This document shows, one piece after another, positions 12,483-24,819 of a DNA stretch of 64,000 nucleotides; position 1 is the stretch's first letter, and each line of letters begins with the position of its first letter. The position numbers were made by a program, and so were the translations under genes. Source of the stretch: Mobula hypostoma (taxonomy: Eukaryota); contig NC_086101.1 in assembly GCF_963921235.1 (NCBI RefSeq), positions 310,001 to 374,000 on the forward strand, written 5' to 3'. Below the pieces are notes generated by a model that was not told where the DNA came from, searched no databases, and saw only the letters and a program-made list of their open reading frames with translations.

Positions 12483-12942
12483 CTGATAGGTATAGATAGA
12501 GTGAATGCAAGCAGGCTTTTTCCACTGAGGCAAGGGGAGAAAAAAACCAGAGGGCATTGGTTAAGGGTGAAGGGGGAAAAATTTAAAGGGAACATTAGGG
12601 GAGGCTCTTCACACAGAGAGTGGTGGGAGTGTGGAATGAGCTGCCAGGCGAGATGGTAAATGCGGGTTCTTTTTTAATATTTAAGAATAAATTGGACAGA
12701 TACATGGATGGGAGGTGTATGGAGGGGTATGGTCCGTGTACAGGTCAGTGGGACAAGGCAGAAAATAGTCATAGTCATAGTCATATTCATACTTTATTGA
12801 TCCCAAGGGATGTGTTCCTATGACGGTCAGTCTTGCATCTTGGTGGAATGAGTCTCTGGCTGAATGTACTCCTGAATGCACAGCCAGGAAGGGCCAAAAG
12901 GCCTGTTTCTGTGCTGTAGTTTTTCTATTGTTTTTTCTATGG
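12483..12942 (+). mobile_element. 3' end of the CR1-A begun at 3385
   Basis: Resumes at GIDRVNASRLFPL, where 6150 stops (compare the uninterrupted copy at 43820-43870). CR1 tail present. Confidence 0.88.
12767..12878 (-). mobile_element. Short, internally deleted Rex1 3' fragment inside the CR1 3'UTR
   Basis: Minus strand RSTFSQRLIPPRCKTDRHR joined to a GGGATCAATAAAGTA-(TGACTA)n tail. Confidence 0.7.
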
Positions 12943-13344
12943 AAATAAAACCTTCTGTCAGGTTTACTTCTCTCTGGGTAAATAACACATCACAAAAGTG
13001 CCGTACTCCAATCAGAATAACCACTGCCCTCCACTTTATATTCATTGGCATTACCATCGATGGGTTTCTCTCTGTCAGTCAGCTGGTGGGAGGGTATCCG
13101 AGTGATTAGTAAATCTCCAGGATCGTGCTCCAGGAAAGTGCCCTTTGTAGTGTTGTGGAACATGACCAGAACTTGAAATAATACCAAAGGACAAATTGAG
13201 CCAAGTCACAGGTTGTTTGAAGTCAGAAATAGCCCATTCTCATACAGAGAGGAATACAGTCAGAGAATTTGATGGTCAGTCAGAATGTCTGATCCGTGCC
13301 TTGTTAGAAGCTGAGTGCATATCGAAACAAAAATCTGCAATATA

Positions 13345-15410
13345 TTACAGGCCCTTTGGCCCACAGTGTTGTGCTGTCCAGGTAACCTGTTCTAGAAACT
13401 GCCTCAGATTTCCCAACCGCATTGCACTTTGTTTTTCTAAGCTCCATGTACATATCTGAGAGACTCTATGGTATCTGCCTCCACCGTCATCACTGGCAGT
13501 GCATTCCATGCACCAACTACTGTCTGTGTGAAAAACCTACCTCTGACGTCCCCTTTGACCCTTCCAAGCACCTTAAAACTATGCTCCTCGTGTTTGCCAA
13601 TTCAGCCCTAGGAAAAAGCCTCTGGCTATCTTCATGATCAATGCCTTTCATCATCTTATACACATCTATCAGGTCACCTCTCATCCTTCAAAGTTCACTC
13701 AACCTATTCTCATAAGGCATGTTCTCCAATCCATGCAACATCCTTGTAAATCTCTGCAGTCTTTCTATAGTATTTCCATCCTTCCTGTAAAGAGGTAACT
13801 GAACACAATCCTCTAAGTGGGGTATAAATAAGGTTTTATATAACTGTAACATTACCTCACCGATCTTGAGCTCAGTTCCATGGTTGATGAAGGCCTCCTT
13901 AACACCATTGTCCATCAGCAGTGCAGCTTTGAGTGTCAAATTGACATGGACACCAAGATCTCGCTGATCGTCCACACTGCCAAGTGTCCTAACATAATAT
14001 TGTCTTCAAGTTTGATGTACGGAAATAAACCACAGCACACTTACCTGGGTTGAACTCCATCTGCCAGTTCTGCATCCTACTGGATGAGGGAATTGAATGC
14101 AGCATCTCCAAGTTTGCGGATGACACGAAGCTGGGCGGCAGTGTTAACTGTGAGGAGGATGCTAAGAGGATGCAGGGTGACTTGGATAGGTTAGGTCAGT
14201 GATAAAATTCATGGCTAATGTAATTTAATGTGGATAAATGTGAAGTTATCCACTTCGGTGGCAAAAACAGGAAAACAGATTATTATCTGAATGGTGACCG
14301 ATTAGGAAAAGGGGAGGTGCAACGAGACCTGGGTGTCATTATACACCAGTCATTGAAAGTGGGCATGCAGGTACAGCAGGCGGTGAAAAAGGCGAATGGT
14401 ATGCTGGCATTTATAGCAGGAGGGTTCGAGTACAGGAGCAGGGAGGTACTACTGCAGTTGTACAAGGCCTTGGTGAGACCACACCTGGAGTATTGTGTGC
14501 AGTTTTGGTCCCCTAATCTGAGGAAAGACATCCTTGCCATAGAGGGAGTACAAAGAAGGTTCACCAGATTGATTCCTGGGATGGTAGGACTTTCATATGA
14601 TGAAAGACTGGATCGACTAGGCTTATACTCGTTGGAATTTAGAAGATTGAGGGGGGATCTTATTGAAATGTATAAGATCCTAAAGGGATTGGACAGGCTA
14701 GATGCAGGAAGATTGTTCCTGATGTTGGGGAAGTCCAGAACGAGGGGTCACAGTTTGAGGATAAAGGGGAAGCCTTTCAGGACCGAGATTAGGAAAAACT
14801 TCTTCACACAGAGAGTGGTGAATCTGTGGAATTCTCTGCCACAGGAAACAGTTGAGGCCAGTTCATTGGCTATATTTAAGAGGGAGTTAGATATGGCCCC
14901 TGTGGTTAAAGGGATCAGTGGGTATGCAGCGAAGGCTGGTACAGGGTTCTGAGTTGGATGATCAGCCATGATCATACTGAATGGCGGTGCAGGCTCGAAG
15001 GGCTGAATGGCCTACTCCTGCACCTATTTTCTATGTTTCTATGTTTGTATCGATGTCCTGCTGTTATCACTGGACAACTTTCCAGACTATTCACAACACC
15101 CTCAACTTTTCTGTCATCAGCAAACTTACTAACCCACCCTTCTACTTCCTCATCAAGATCATTTATCACAACATCACAAAGAGAAGGATTCTCAGAACAC
15201 ATCCCTGCAGAACACCACTGGTCACCGTCCTCCAGGCAGTTTACAAACCATCTCCAACCACCTTTTGGCTTCTGTGGGCAAGCCAATTCTGGATCCACAA
15301 GGCAAGGTCAACTTGGATACTGGCCTCATTACTTTTGAATGAGCCTCGCATGAGGAATTTTATCAAAATTCTTACTGAAAGCCATGTACACTACATCCAA
15401 TGCTCTATAT
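13345..15410 (-). mobile_element. Old degenerate CR1 (host of the 14080 CR1 and of the hAT; continues 24611-24815)
   Basis: QRDLGVHV, LYKTLFIPHLEDCVQ, WVSKFADDRKV. Flanks rejoin across both insertions. Confidence 0.8.
14080..15047 (+). mobile_element. 5'-truncated CR1-D
   Basis: ORF 14230..14952 RT C-terminus; TTTCTATGTTTCTATG tail. Confidence 0.92.
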
Positions 15411-16436
15411 TACTGGTCGCCAACCAATCGATCCCGATCGACTGGTTGATCTTTGAGACTTTCCCATTAGATCCCGAAAAAAAAAGAAAAAGAAATACAC
15501 AAATACATTATGCCTGATAAACCTTTTGATGTAAAAGCAGATTTTACCCCTAGAGCGCATATTTGAGTCATTTTCAACCGACACTTAGTTGCTTTCCCTG
15601 GTTATTGTGTTTCTCTTTTTCCGCTGCCCAGCGTTTTGTGTCAGATGTGCCACTGTCTGTCAAATTCCATGGAGCATGGGAGAGCTTCGTTTATCTTAAA
15701 CATAAACGAACAAACGGGCAAACTGTCCATTGGCAAAAGAATACAACAGGCGTGGGTAAAAGTGACTCACTTTTGCATTCATGACTTAACTGAAATTTGA
15801 TCAACTTTAATCGGTTTTGACTCTGTTATGCTGCTATTTATATTACATCAGTTATGCAAAAGCGTGATCAGTTGTACTGCTCTCTTTCTTTCAAATTTTT
15901 TGCCTTTGATAGCGTGAATACATGTTTGGCATTTCAGATAGTGTGCTAGTAACTAGCATTAATTTTAGTTTTTACGGAAAAGTTAGCGCCTCTCTCTCTC
16001 TTTTCATTTAGCTGTTGTACTTTTTTCAGCGTAGCTTGTGCTGCATCAAAGTGACCAATTAGATTAGATAAGTGTACAGACTGTCGCAAACGTCAGTATA
16101 CGGCACTTGCTGGTGATATCCTGCAAGCTTGCTAGCATGGCGGAGGCTCCACGAAAGAAGGCAAAAACATACAAATTCCATTCAGAATGGGAAGAGGAAT
16201 TTCTGTTTACCGTGGAGAAAGACAAGTGTGTATGTATGTTGTGCCACCAAACACATGTACTGACTAAAAGAGGGAATCTGGAGCGGCACCACAACACCAA
16301 CCACCAGAAATTTAAAGACACCTACCCCCCCCCCCCCCCAAAGAGCGCATCTGTGCCAGGAAAGTTGAGGAGCTGAACTCGGGGTTGAAGGCCCAGCAAT
16401 CGTTTTTCACAAAACATGCTGCTCAAAAATAAGGAT

Positions 16437-18446
16437 CATAGAAACATGGAAAATAGGTGCAGGAGTAGGCCATTTGGCCCTTCGACCCTGTACCAGCCTT
16501 CCCTCCATACCACCTGATCCCTTTAGCCACAAGGGCCATATCTAACTCCCTCTTAAATATAGCCAATGAACTGGCCTCAAATGTTTCCTGTGGCAGAGAA
16601 TTCCACAGATTCACCACTCTCTGTGTGAGGAAGTTTTTCGTAATTGCAGTCCTAAAAGGCTTCCCCTTTATCCTCAAACTGTGACCCCTTGTTCTGGACT
16701 TCCCCAACATCGGGAACAATCTTCCTGCATCTAGCCTGTCCAATCCCTTTAGGATTTTATACATTTCAATAAGATCCCCCCCTCAATCATTGAAATTTCA
16801 ACGAGTATCAGCCTAGTTGATCCAGTCCTTCATCATATGAAAGTCCTGCCATCCCAGGAATCAATCTGGTGAACCACCTTTGTACTCCCTCTTTGGCAAG
16901 GATGTCTTTCCTCAGATTAGGGGGCCAAAACTGCACACAATACTCCAGGTGTGGTTTCACCAAGGCCTTGTACAACTGCAGTAGGACCTCCCTGCTCCTC
17001 TACTCGAATCCTCTTGCAATGAATGCGAGCATACTATTCCCCTTTTTCACCGCCTGCTGTACCTGCATGCCCACTTTCAATGTCTGGTGTATAATGACAC
17101 CCAGGTCTCGTTGCACCGCCCCTTTTCCTAATCGGCCACCATTCAGATAATAATCTGTTTTCCTGTTTTTGCCACCGAAGTGGATAACCTCACATTTATC
17201 CACATTAAATTGCATCTGCCATGAATTTTCCCACTCACCTAACCTATCCAAGTCACCCTGCATCCTCTTAGCATCCTCCTCACAGTTAACACTGCCGCCC
17301 AGCTTCGTGTCATCCGCAAACTTGGAGATGCTGCATTTAATTCCCTCATCCAAGTCATTAATATATATTGTAAACAACTGGGGTCCCAGCTCTGAGCCTT
17401 GCGATACCCCACTAGTCACTGCCTGCCATTCTGAAAAGGTCCCGTTTATTCCCACTCTTTGCTTCCTGTCTGCCAACCAATTCTCTATTCACATCAATAC
17501 CTTACCCCCAATACCGTCTGCTTTAAGTGTGCACAGAAATCTCCTGTGTGGGACCTTGTCAAAAACCTTTTGAAAATCCAAATATATCACATCCAGTGGT
17601 TCTCCCCTATCCACTCTCCTAGTTGCATCCTCAAAAAATTCTATGAGATTCGTCAGACATGATTTTCCTTTCACAAATCCATGCTGACTTTGTCCAATGA
17701 GTTCACCACTTTCCAAATGTGCTGTTATCACATCTTTGATAACTGACTCTAGCATTTCCCCCACCACCGATGTTAGTCTAACCGGTGTATAATTCCCTGG
17801 TTTCTCTCTCCCTCCTTTTTTAAATGGAGACCTATATTTGTCTTAACCAATGTTTTTCTTTTCACATATCTATAAAAGCTTTTACAGTCAGTTTTTCATG
17901 TTCCCTGCTAGTTTTCTCTCATAATCTTTTTTCCCCTTCCTAATTAAGCCCTTTGTTCTCCTCTGCTGGACTCTGAATTTCTCCCAGTCCTCAGGTGTGC
18001 CACTTCTTCTGGCTAATTTGTATGCTTTTTCTTTGGAATTGATACTATCCCTAATTTCCCTTGTTAGCCACGGGTGCACTACCTTCCTTGATTTATTCTT
18101 TTGCCAAACTGGGATGAACAATTGTTATAGTTCATCCATGCGATCTTTAAATGCTTGCCATTGCATATCCGCCGTCAACCCTTTAAGTGTCATTTGCCAG
18201 TCTATCTTAGCTAATTCATGTCTCATACCTTCAAAGTTACCCTTCTTTAAGTTCAGAACTTTTGTTTCTGAATTAACTATGTCACTCTCCATCTTGATGA
18301 AGAATTCCACTATATTATGGTCACTCTTACCCAAGAGGCCTCTCACGACAAGATTGCTAATTAACCCTTCCTCATTGCTCAAAACCCAGTCCAGAATAGC
18401 CTGCTCTCTAGTTGGTTCCTCGACATGTTGGTTCAAAAAACCAACA
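16437..18446 (-). mobile_element. CR1-D, 5'-truncated, with an internal ORF2 deletion at ~17825
   Basis: [31 protein letters not shown]; reversed tail at 16437. Confidence 0.92.
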
Positions 18447-18715
18447 TGATAAAAAACCACATGGTCAGCATAGTTAATGCGATTAAGGCCAAGCTCGGTA
18501 TTTGGATTTCAAATTCAAAGAATGGGAGGCTTACACATTTTCCCAACTTGTTATGTTACAGGCCATCAAGGAAACCAATGCTTTTCGCCCTGAGCAGTAG
18601 TGTGCTTACCTAGACAAACTGGCAATAGAGTTCGATCGGCGTTTTGAGGAGTTAAGCGTCATGAAAGATATCGCTGCATTTATTTCAAACCCATTTCTGC
18701 CAATTGATATAGAAC

Positions 18716-21700
18716 CATAGAACCATAGAAACTACAGCACAGAAACAGGCCCTTTGGTCCTTCTTGGCTGTGCCGAACCATTTTCTGCCTAGTCCCAATG
18801 ACCTGCACACGGACCATATCCCTCCATACACCTCCCATCCATGTATCTGTCCAATTTATTCTTAAATGTTAAAAAGAACCCGCATTTACCACCTCGTCTG
18901 GCAGCTCATTCCATACTCCCACCACTCTCTGTGTGAATAAGCCCCCCCAATGTTCCCTTTAAACTTTTCCCCCCTCACCCTTAACCCATGTCCTCTGGTT
19001 TTTTTCTCCCTTTGCCTCAGTGGAAAAAGCCTGCTTGCATTCACTCTATCTATACCCATCATAATTTTATATACCTCTATTAAATCTCCCCTCATTCTTC
19101 TACGCTCCAGGGAATAAAGTCCTAACCTATTCAACCTTTCTCTGTAACTGAGTTTCTCAAGTCCCGGCAACACCCTTGTAAACCTTCTCTGCACTCTTTC
19201 AACCTTATTTATATCCTTCCTGTAATCTGGTGACCAAAACTGAACACAATACTCCAGATTGGGCCTCACCAATGCCTTATACAACCTCATCATAACATTC
19301 CAGCTCTTAGACTCAATACTTAGATTAATAAAGGCCAATGTACCAAAAGCTCTCTTTACGACCCTATCTACCTGTGACGACACTTCCAAGGAATTTTGTA
19401 TCTGTATTCCCAGATCCCTCTGTTCCACTGCACTCCTCAGTGCCCTACCATTAACCCTGTATGTTCTACGTTGGTTTGTCCTTCCAACATGCAATACCTC
19501 ACACTTGTCAGTATTAAACTCCATCTGCCAATTTTCAGCCCATTTTTACAGCCGGTCCAAGCCCCTCCGCAGGCTCTGAACACATTCCTCACTGTCTACT
19601 ACACCTCCAATCTTCGTATCATCAGCAAACTTGCTGATTCAATTTACCACATTATCATTCAGATCATTGATATAGATGACAAATAACAATGGACCCAGCA
19701 CTGATCCCTGTGGCACACCACTAGTCACAGGCCTCCACTCAGAGAAGCAATTCTCTACCACCACTCTCTGGCTTCTTCCATCGAGCCAATGTCTAATCCA
19801 ATTTACCACCTTTCCATGTATACCTAGCAACTGAATTTTCCTAACTAACCTCCCATGCGGGACCTTGTCAAAGGCCTTACTGAAGTCCATGTAGACAATA
19901 TCCACTGCCTTCCCTTCATCCACTTTCCTGGTAACCTCCTCGAAAAACTCCAACAGATTGGTCAAACATGACCTACCAAGCACAAAGCCATGTTGACTCT
20001 CCCTAATAAGCCCCTGTCTATCCAAATGCTTGTAGATTCTGTCTCTTAGTACTCCCTCCAATAACTTACCTACTACTGACGTTAAACTCACCGGCCTATA
20101 ATTTCCCGGATTACTTTTCGATCCTTTTTAAAACAACGGAACAACATGAGCCACTCTCCAATCCTCCGGCACTTCACCCGTAGACAGCGACATTTTAAAA
20201 ATTTCTGCCAGGGCCCCCGCAATTTCAACACTAGTCTCCTTCAAGGTCCGAGGGAACCGCCTGTCAGGTCCCGGGGATTTATCCACTTTAATTTTCCTCA
20301 AGACAGCAAGCACCTCCTCCTTTTCAATCTGTACAGTTTCCATGGTGTCACTACTTGATTCCCTCAATTCCATAGATTTCATGCCAGCTTCCTCAGTAAA
20401 TACAGACGCAAAAAACCTATTTAAGATCTCCCCAATTTCCTTTGGTTCCGCACAAAGCCGACCACTCTGATCTTCAAGAGGACCAATTTTATCCCTTACA
20501 ATCCTTTTGCTCTTAATATACTTGTAAAAACTCTTTGGATTATCCTTCACTTTGACTGTCAAGGCAACCTCATGTCTTCTTTTAGCCCTCCTGATAAGTA
20601 TTTTCTTGCACTTCTTATACTCCTCAAGCACCTGATTTACCCCGTTTCCTATACATTTCATACAACTCCCTCTTCTTCTTTATCAGAGTTGCAATATCCC
20701 TTGAGAACCAAGGTTCCTTATTCCTATTCAATTTGCCTTTAATCCTGACAGGAACATACAAACTCTGCACTCTCAAAATTTCCCCTTTGAAGGCATCCCA
20801 TCTACCAATCACGTCTTTGCCAGAGAACAACCTGTCCCAATCCACGCTTTTTAGATCCTTTCTCATTTCTTCAAATTTGGCCTTCTTCCAGTTCAGAACC
20901 TCAACCCTTGGACCAGATCTATCCTTGTCCATGATCAAATTGAAACGAATGGTGTTATGATTACTGGAACCAAAGTGCTCCCCTACACAGACTTCTGTCA
21001 CTTGCCCTAATTCATTTCCTAACAGGAGATCCAATATTGCATCCCCTCTAGTTGGTCCCTCTGTATATTGATTTAGAAAACTTTCCTGAACACATTTTAC
21101 AAACTCTAAACCATCTAGACCCCTAACAGTATGGGAGTCCCACTCAATGTATGGAAAATTAAAATCCCCTACCACCACAACTTTATGTTTCCTGCAGTTG
21201 CCTGCTATCTCTCTGCAGATTTGCTCTTCCAAGTCTCGTTGACTATTGGGTGGTCTGCAATACAATCCCACTAATGTGGCGATACCTTTCCTGTTTCTCA
21301 GCTCCACCCATAAGGACTCAGTAGACAAGCCCTCTCATCTGTCCTGCCTGAGTACTGCTGTAATATTTTCCCTAACAATCAATGCTACTCCCCCACCTTT
21401 CATTACTCTGCCTTGATCACATCTGAAACATCGGAACCCTGGAATATTAAGCTGCCAGTCCTGCCCCTCCTGTAGCCAAGTTTCACTAATTGCTACAACA
21501 TCATAATTCCACATGTCAATCCACGCCCTCAACTCATCCGCCTTCCCCGCAATACTCCTAGCATTGAAATATATACACCTCAGAAGATTTTTACCACCAC
21601 TCACAATCTTTCTATCAGTGGATTTGCTTAAACTTTCAACATCATTTATTTTCACCCCAGCCACACTGTTAGCTCTGGCACTCTGGTTCCCATCCCCCTG

Positions 21701-22935
21701 CAAATCTAGTTTAAAGCCTCCCCAATAGCACTAACAAACCTCCCTGAAAGGATATTGGTCCCCCTGTGGTTCAAGTGTAACCCGTCTCTCTTGTACAGGT
21801 CCCACCTGCCCCAGAAGAGGTCCCAGTGATCCTGAAATCTGAAACCCTGCCCCCTACACCAGTTCCTCAGCCACTTGTTCCTCCTCCAGAGCATCCTATT
21901 CCTACCCTCACTGGCACGTAGCACAGGTAGCAATCCTTAGATTACCACCTTTGAGGTCCTGCTTTTCAACTTCCTACCAAGCTCTCTATACTCACTGTCC
22001 AGAACCTCTTCACTCTTCCTTGCTATGTCATTGGTACCAATGTGCACCACGACATCTGGCTGGTCACCCTCCCACTTCAGAATGTCATGCAATTGATCAG
22101 AGACATCCTTGACCCTGGCACCTGGGAGGCACAAACCATCCTGGATTCTCTGTCACGACCACAGAACTTTCTATCTGCACCTCTAACTATCGAGTCCCCT
22201 ATCACTACTGCTCTCCTCTTTCTCCCCCCTCCCTTCTGCACTGCAGAGCCAGACTCAGTGCCAGAGATCCGGCTACTGCAGCTAGTCCCAGGTAAGTCAT
22301 CTCCCCCCAACAGTATCCAATGCGATATACTTGTTGTTCAGGGGAATGGCCACAGGGGAACCCTGCTCTGCCTGCCCTTTCCTCTTCCCTCGCCCGACAG
22401 TGACCCAATTTCCTGTCCTCTGCTCCTTTGGTGTAACTACCTCCCTGTAGCTATGATCTATAATCTCCTCATTCTCCCGAATGATCTGCAGGTCATCCAG
22501 CTTCTGCTCCAGTTCCCTAACGCGGTTTGTCAAGAGCAGCAGCTGGATGCACTTCTTGCAGGTGTCGTTGTCAGGGACACCGGAGGGCTCCCTGACTTCC
22601 CACATCCTGCAAGAGGAGCATTCCAACATCCTGCCTGGCATTCTCACTGCACTAAACAATCTGAACAAAAAACTTACCGGAACCTACCCTGGCCTGTGCC
22701 TCTTCTCGCCGGAGCCTGTTTGAGCCAAAGCCGTCCCACTCTGACTCAGTCCACTCCGGCGATGGCCGCTGTATATGGTGGTCTGCTTTTTAAACCTTGG
22801 CGCGCTACGTCACGTGCCTGCGCAGTGCAGACCCTTCACCCCGAGCAGTGTTTAAAAAAAAAAGACTTTTTTGACCCGATTTCTTCCACTCCTTCTCAGC
22901 TGCTTGCTTCGACTGAAACAAGAACTGGCACTGAG
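18716..22935 (-). mobile_element. Full-length CR1-A with 8-bp TSD, inactivated by a few stops/frameshifts
   Basis: ORF1 CSSCRMWE..CKKC, zipper, VIGDSIVRG, HIGTNDI; all ORF2 motifs present. TATAGAAC at 18708-18715 and 22936-22943. Confidence 0.95.
22785..22825 (-). promoter_or_regulatory. Candidate internal promoter of CR1-A
   Basis: Minus strand TGCGCAGGC (NRF1-like), CACGTGACGT (E-box/CRE half-site) and TTTAAAAA clustered in the 5'UTR. Confidence 0.4.
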
Positions 22936-23225
22936 TATAGAACAGATAACAGTAAAATTCCAGCAAGTATTTGGTGTGCCCAGTGATATTGAAATTGAAA
23001 CAATTGATTTGCAAAATGACATCGATGAAGGGACGGTGACTCTTGGGGGTTTGTCAGCAGGGAGAAGTTTCCTCATCTCACCAAATGAGCACTAAAAGTC
23101 AGTGCCTACTTCGGGTCAATTTATCTGTGTGAAATTGCATATTCACAGATGAAAATTATTTAATCTAAGTGCAGGAGCTGTCTTACTAGACACCTCACAG
23201 ACTGTTTCAGACTGGCTGCCTGTAG

Positions 23226-24225
23226 TGTCACGTACCCTGTGACGGGAATAAAGAACCAGCAGAGATGGAAAACACTTTGGAGTCTAGTATTGCTATAAAC
23301 TAATAATATTTATTGGTAACTACGCAATACAGTAATATAAATGAAGATAAATCACACAAGTTAGCAATGATTATATATAAAAGTAAGTGTGGAATATATA
23401 TGTATGAAAAACCAAGCTTCTTTAAGTCTAGGGGTAAAAAGATACAGTCTTACGGTGTTGAGTAAAGTTCATTTCAGTTCAATTCGTGGTATTTAGTTGA
23501 GTAATGACGGGGAGAGAGAGAAAGTGAACTGAGTCCTCAGGTGAGCTGATGCCGTCGATCTTCTCCTCGTCCTCCGAAATCCTTTACACATCACCGACTG
23601 TGACTTTAACCAGGGGGACCGGTCTTCTGAGGTGGAGCTATCACCCCTGCAAGAGTGGACACATAGACAACTCCCCACCAGTCAACCCCTTCTTCACGCT
23701 GGAATAGCAATTTGGATCGATCCGCCTGATCGATCCTCCAAAACCCACTTTCTCTGTGGGCACAACAATGCTAATTCAGTGTCCAGATCATGTGTCTGAG
23801 GTCTGTATCATCTGACCTCCCATTTATTTCTCTGTGCTGAGCATCACCTGTCATTCAAAGAGTCCCTCCTTCCTTTGTCTGTGAAGAAATGCACAAGCAG
23901 ACAACCTGTCCTTGGAAGTAATATCAACAACTTGCCGAAAATCATAACATCGAGTGTCCATTAAATAATACCGCCTTCGGTTACCATAGTAACTTACGAG
24001 CTGCTCGGTGCTGTCTCCAGCTCAACTCAGTAGAAATCCAAAGTGACTTCCAATGCCTTAAAGTGACAGTCCAACCGTTGGTCTTTGTCTCTCTCTCTCT
24101 CTGTCTTTTCAAAAGCAACACATCGGTGGTAAATAACTCTGTCTCTCTCTCCTTTCCAAACAAACCATCAATGATAAATGTCTCTCTCCGAACAGTTAAT
24201 AGGGGCACTCCTGGGTTCCCTCACA
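23226..24225 (-). mobile_element. Solo LTR (1000 bp), family unassigned
   Basis: Termini TGT...ACA; 4-bp flanks GTAG/GAAG; no coding content. Removing it restores the transposase frame (LAACS-YYPNF). Orientation inferred from a minus-strand AATAAA near 23310. Confidence 0.8.
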
Positions 24226-24819
24226 GAAGTTATTACCCAAATTTCAGGGAACTAGCAGAAAGTATTCAGCCCCAGTCATCACACTGAGGGGAACAGCCAA
24301 TTTCTATTCATTTATTTTTTGTGTTGAAATAAAATTAAATAATGAAACTTAGATTTAAAGGTATGAAGTATTGTAATATTCTTAAAGACACCTGTTTGAT
24401 ATGCTAGTTTTTGTGTTTTCTTAGTTGAATTAATTTGAAAGTTTGACAAAAGCAGTTTATGTAATTCAAGTACCATTAGCCAAAATAAATGGCCTCAGGT
24501 TGGAAGTACAATATGAGCTGTTTTCTCTCTAAACAATTTAGTATGTTGATCTTGCCTTTCACTAAGGCCGAGGTAGGGGATCTTGGGCTTAAAAAGGTTG
24601 GCGACCACTACTCTACATTCATCAGTGTGCTTGGTTACATCCTCAAAGATTTCAATCAGGTTCTTAAGGCACGATCTGTGCTAGACAGAGCCATGCTGAC
24701 TATCCCACATCTGGTTATGCTTCTCCAAATGCTCATAAATCCTGCCTCTCAGGAGCTTCTCCCACAACTTGCCCTCCGCTGAAGTGAAAACAACTGCTCT
24801 GTAATTTCCTGTCTTATCT

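Larger units (their letters stand above)
16138..24287 (+). pseudogene. Fragmented hAT transposase
   Basis: N-terminal MAEAPRKKAKTYKFHSEWEEEFLF..CVCMLC..NLERHHNTNH (BED-like finger); middle LTHFPNL..EFDRRFEEL..ISNPF; dimerisation motif FGSIYLCEIAYSQMK..RSCLT..HL; C-terminus PNFRELAESIQPQSSH*. Confidence 0.85.
15411..24610 (+). mobile_element. hAT DNA transposon (Charlie/SPIN/GTF2IRD2-like), internally deleted, with three nested insertions
   Basis: TIRs TACTGGTCGCCAACC (15411-15425) and GGTTGGCGACCACTA (24596-24610), 14/15 match. 8-bp TSD CTCTATAT/CTCTACAT. Transposase pieces at 16138-16435, 18450-18715, 22936-23225 and 24230-24287. Confidence 0.9.

Noticed and set aside
12945..13340. Unique stretch with a possible acceptor (TTTCTCTCTGTCAG at ~13077)
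   Set aside because: No convincing donor or coding signal; cannot be supported without transcripts.
16326..16339. Poly-C run encoding PPPPP in the transposase
   Set aside because: A simple homopolymer expansion causing a frameshift, not a motif.
22042..22986. 314-aa + strand ORF
   Set aside because: Antisense to CR1-A ORF1/5'UTR with no recognisable motifs. The same applies to the many recurring 60-150-aa antisense ORFs over CR1 RT.
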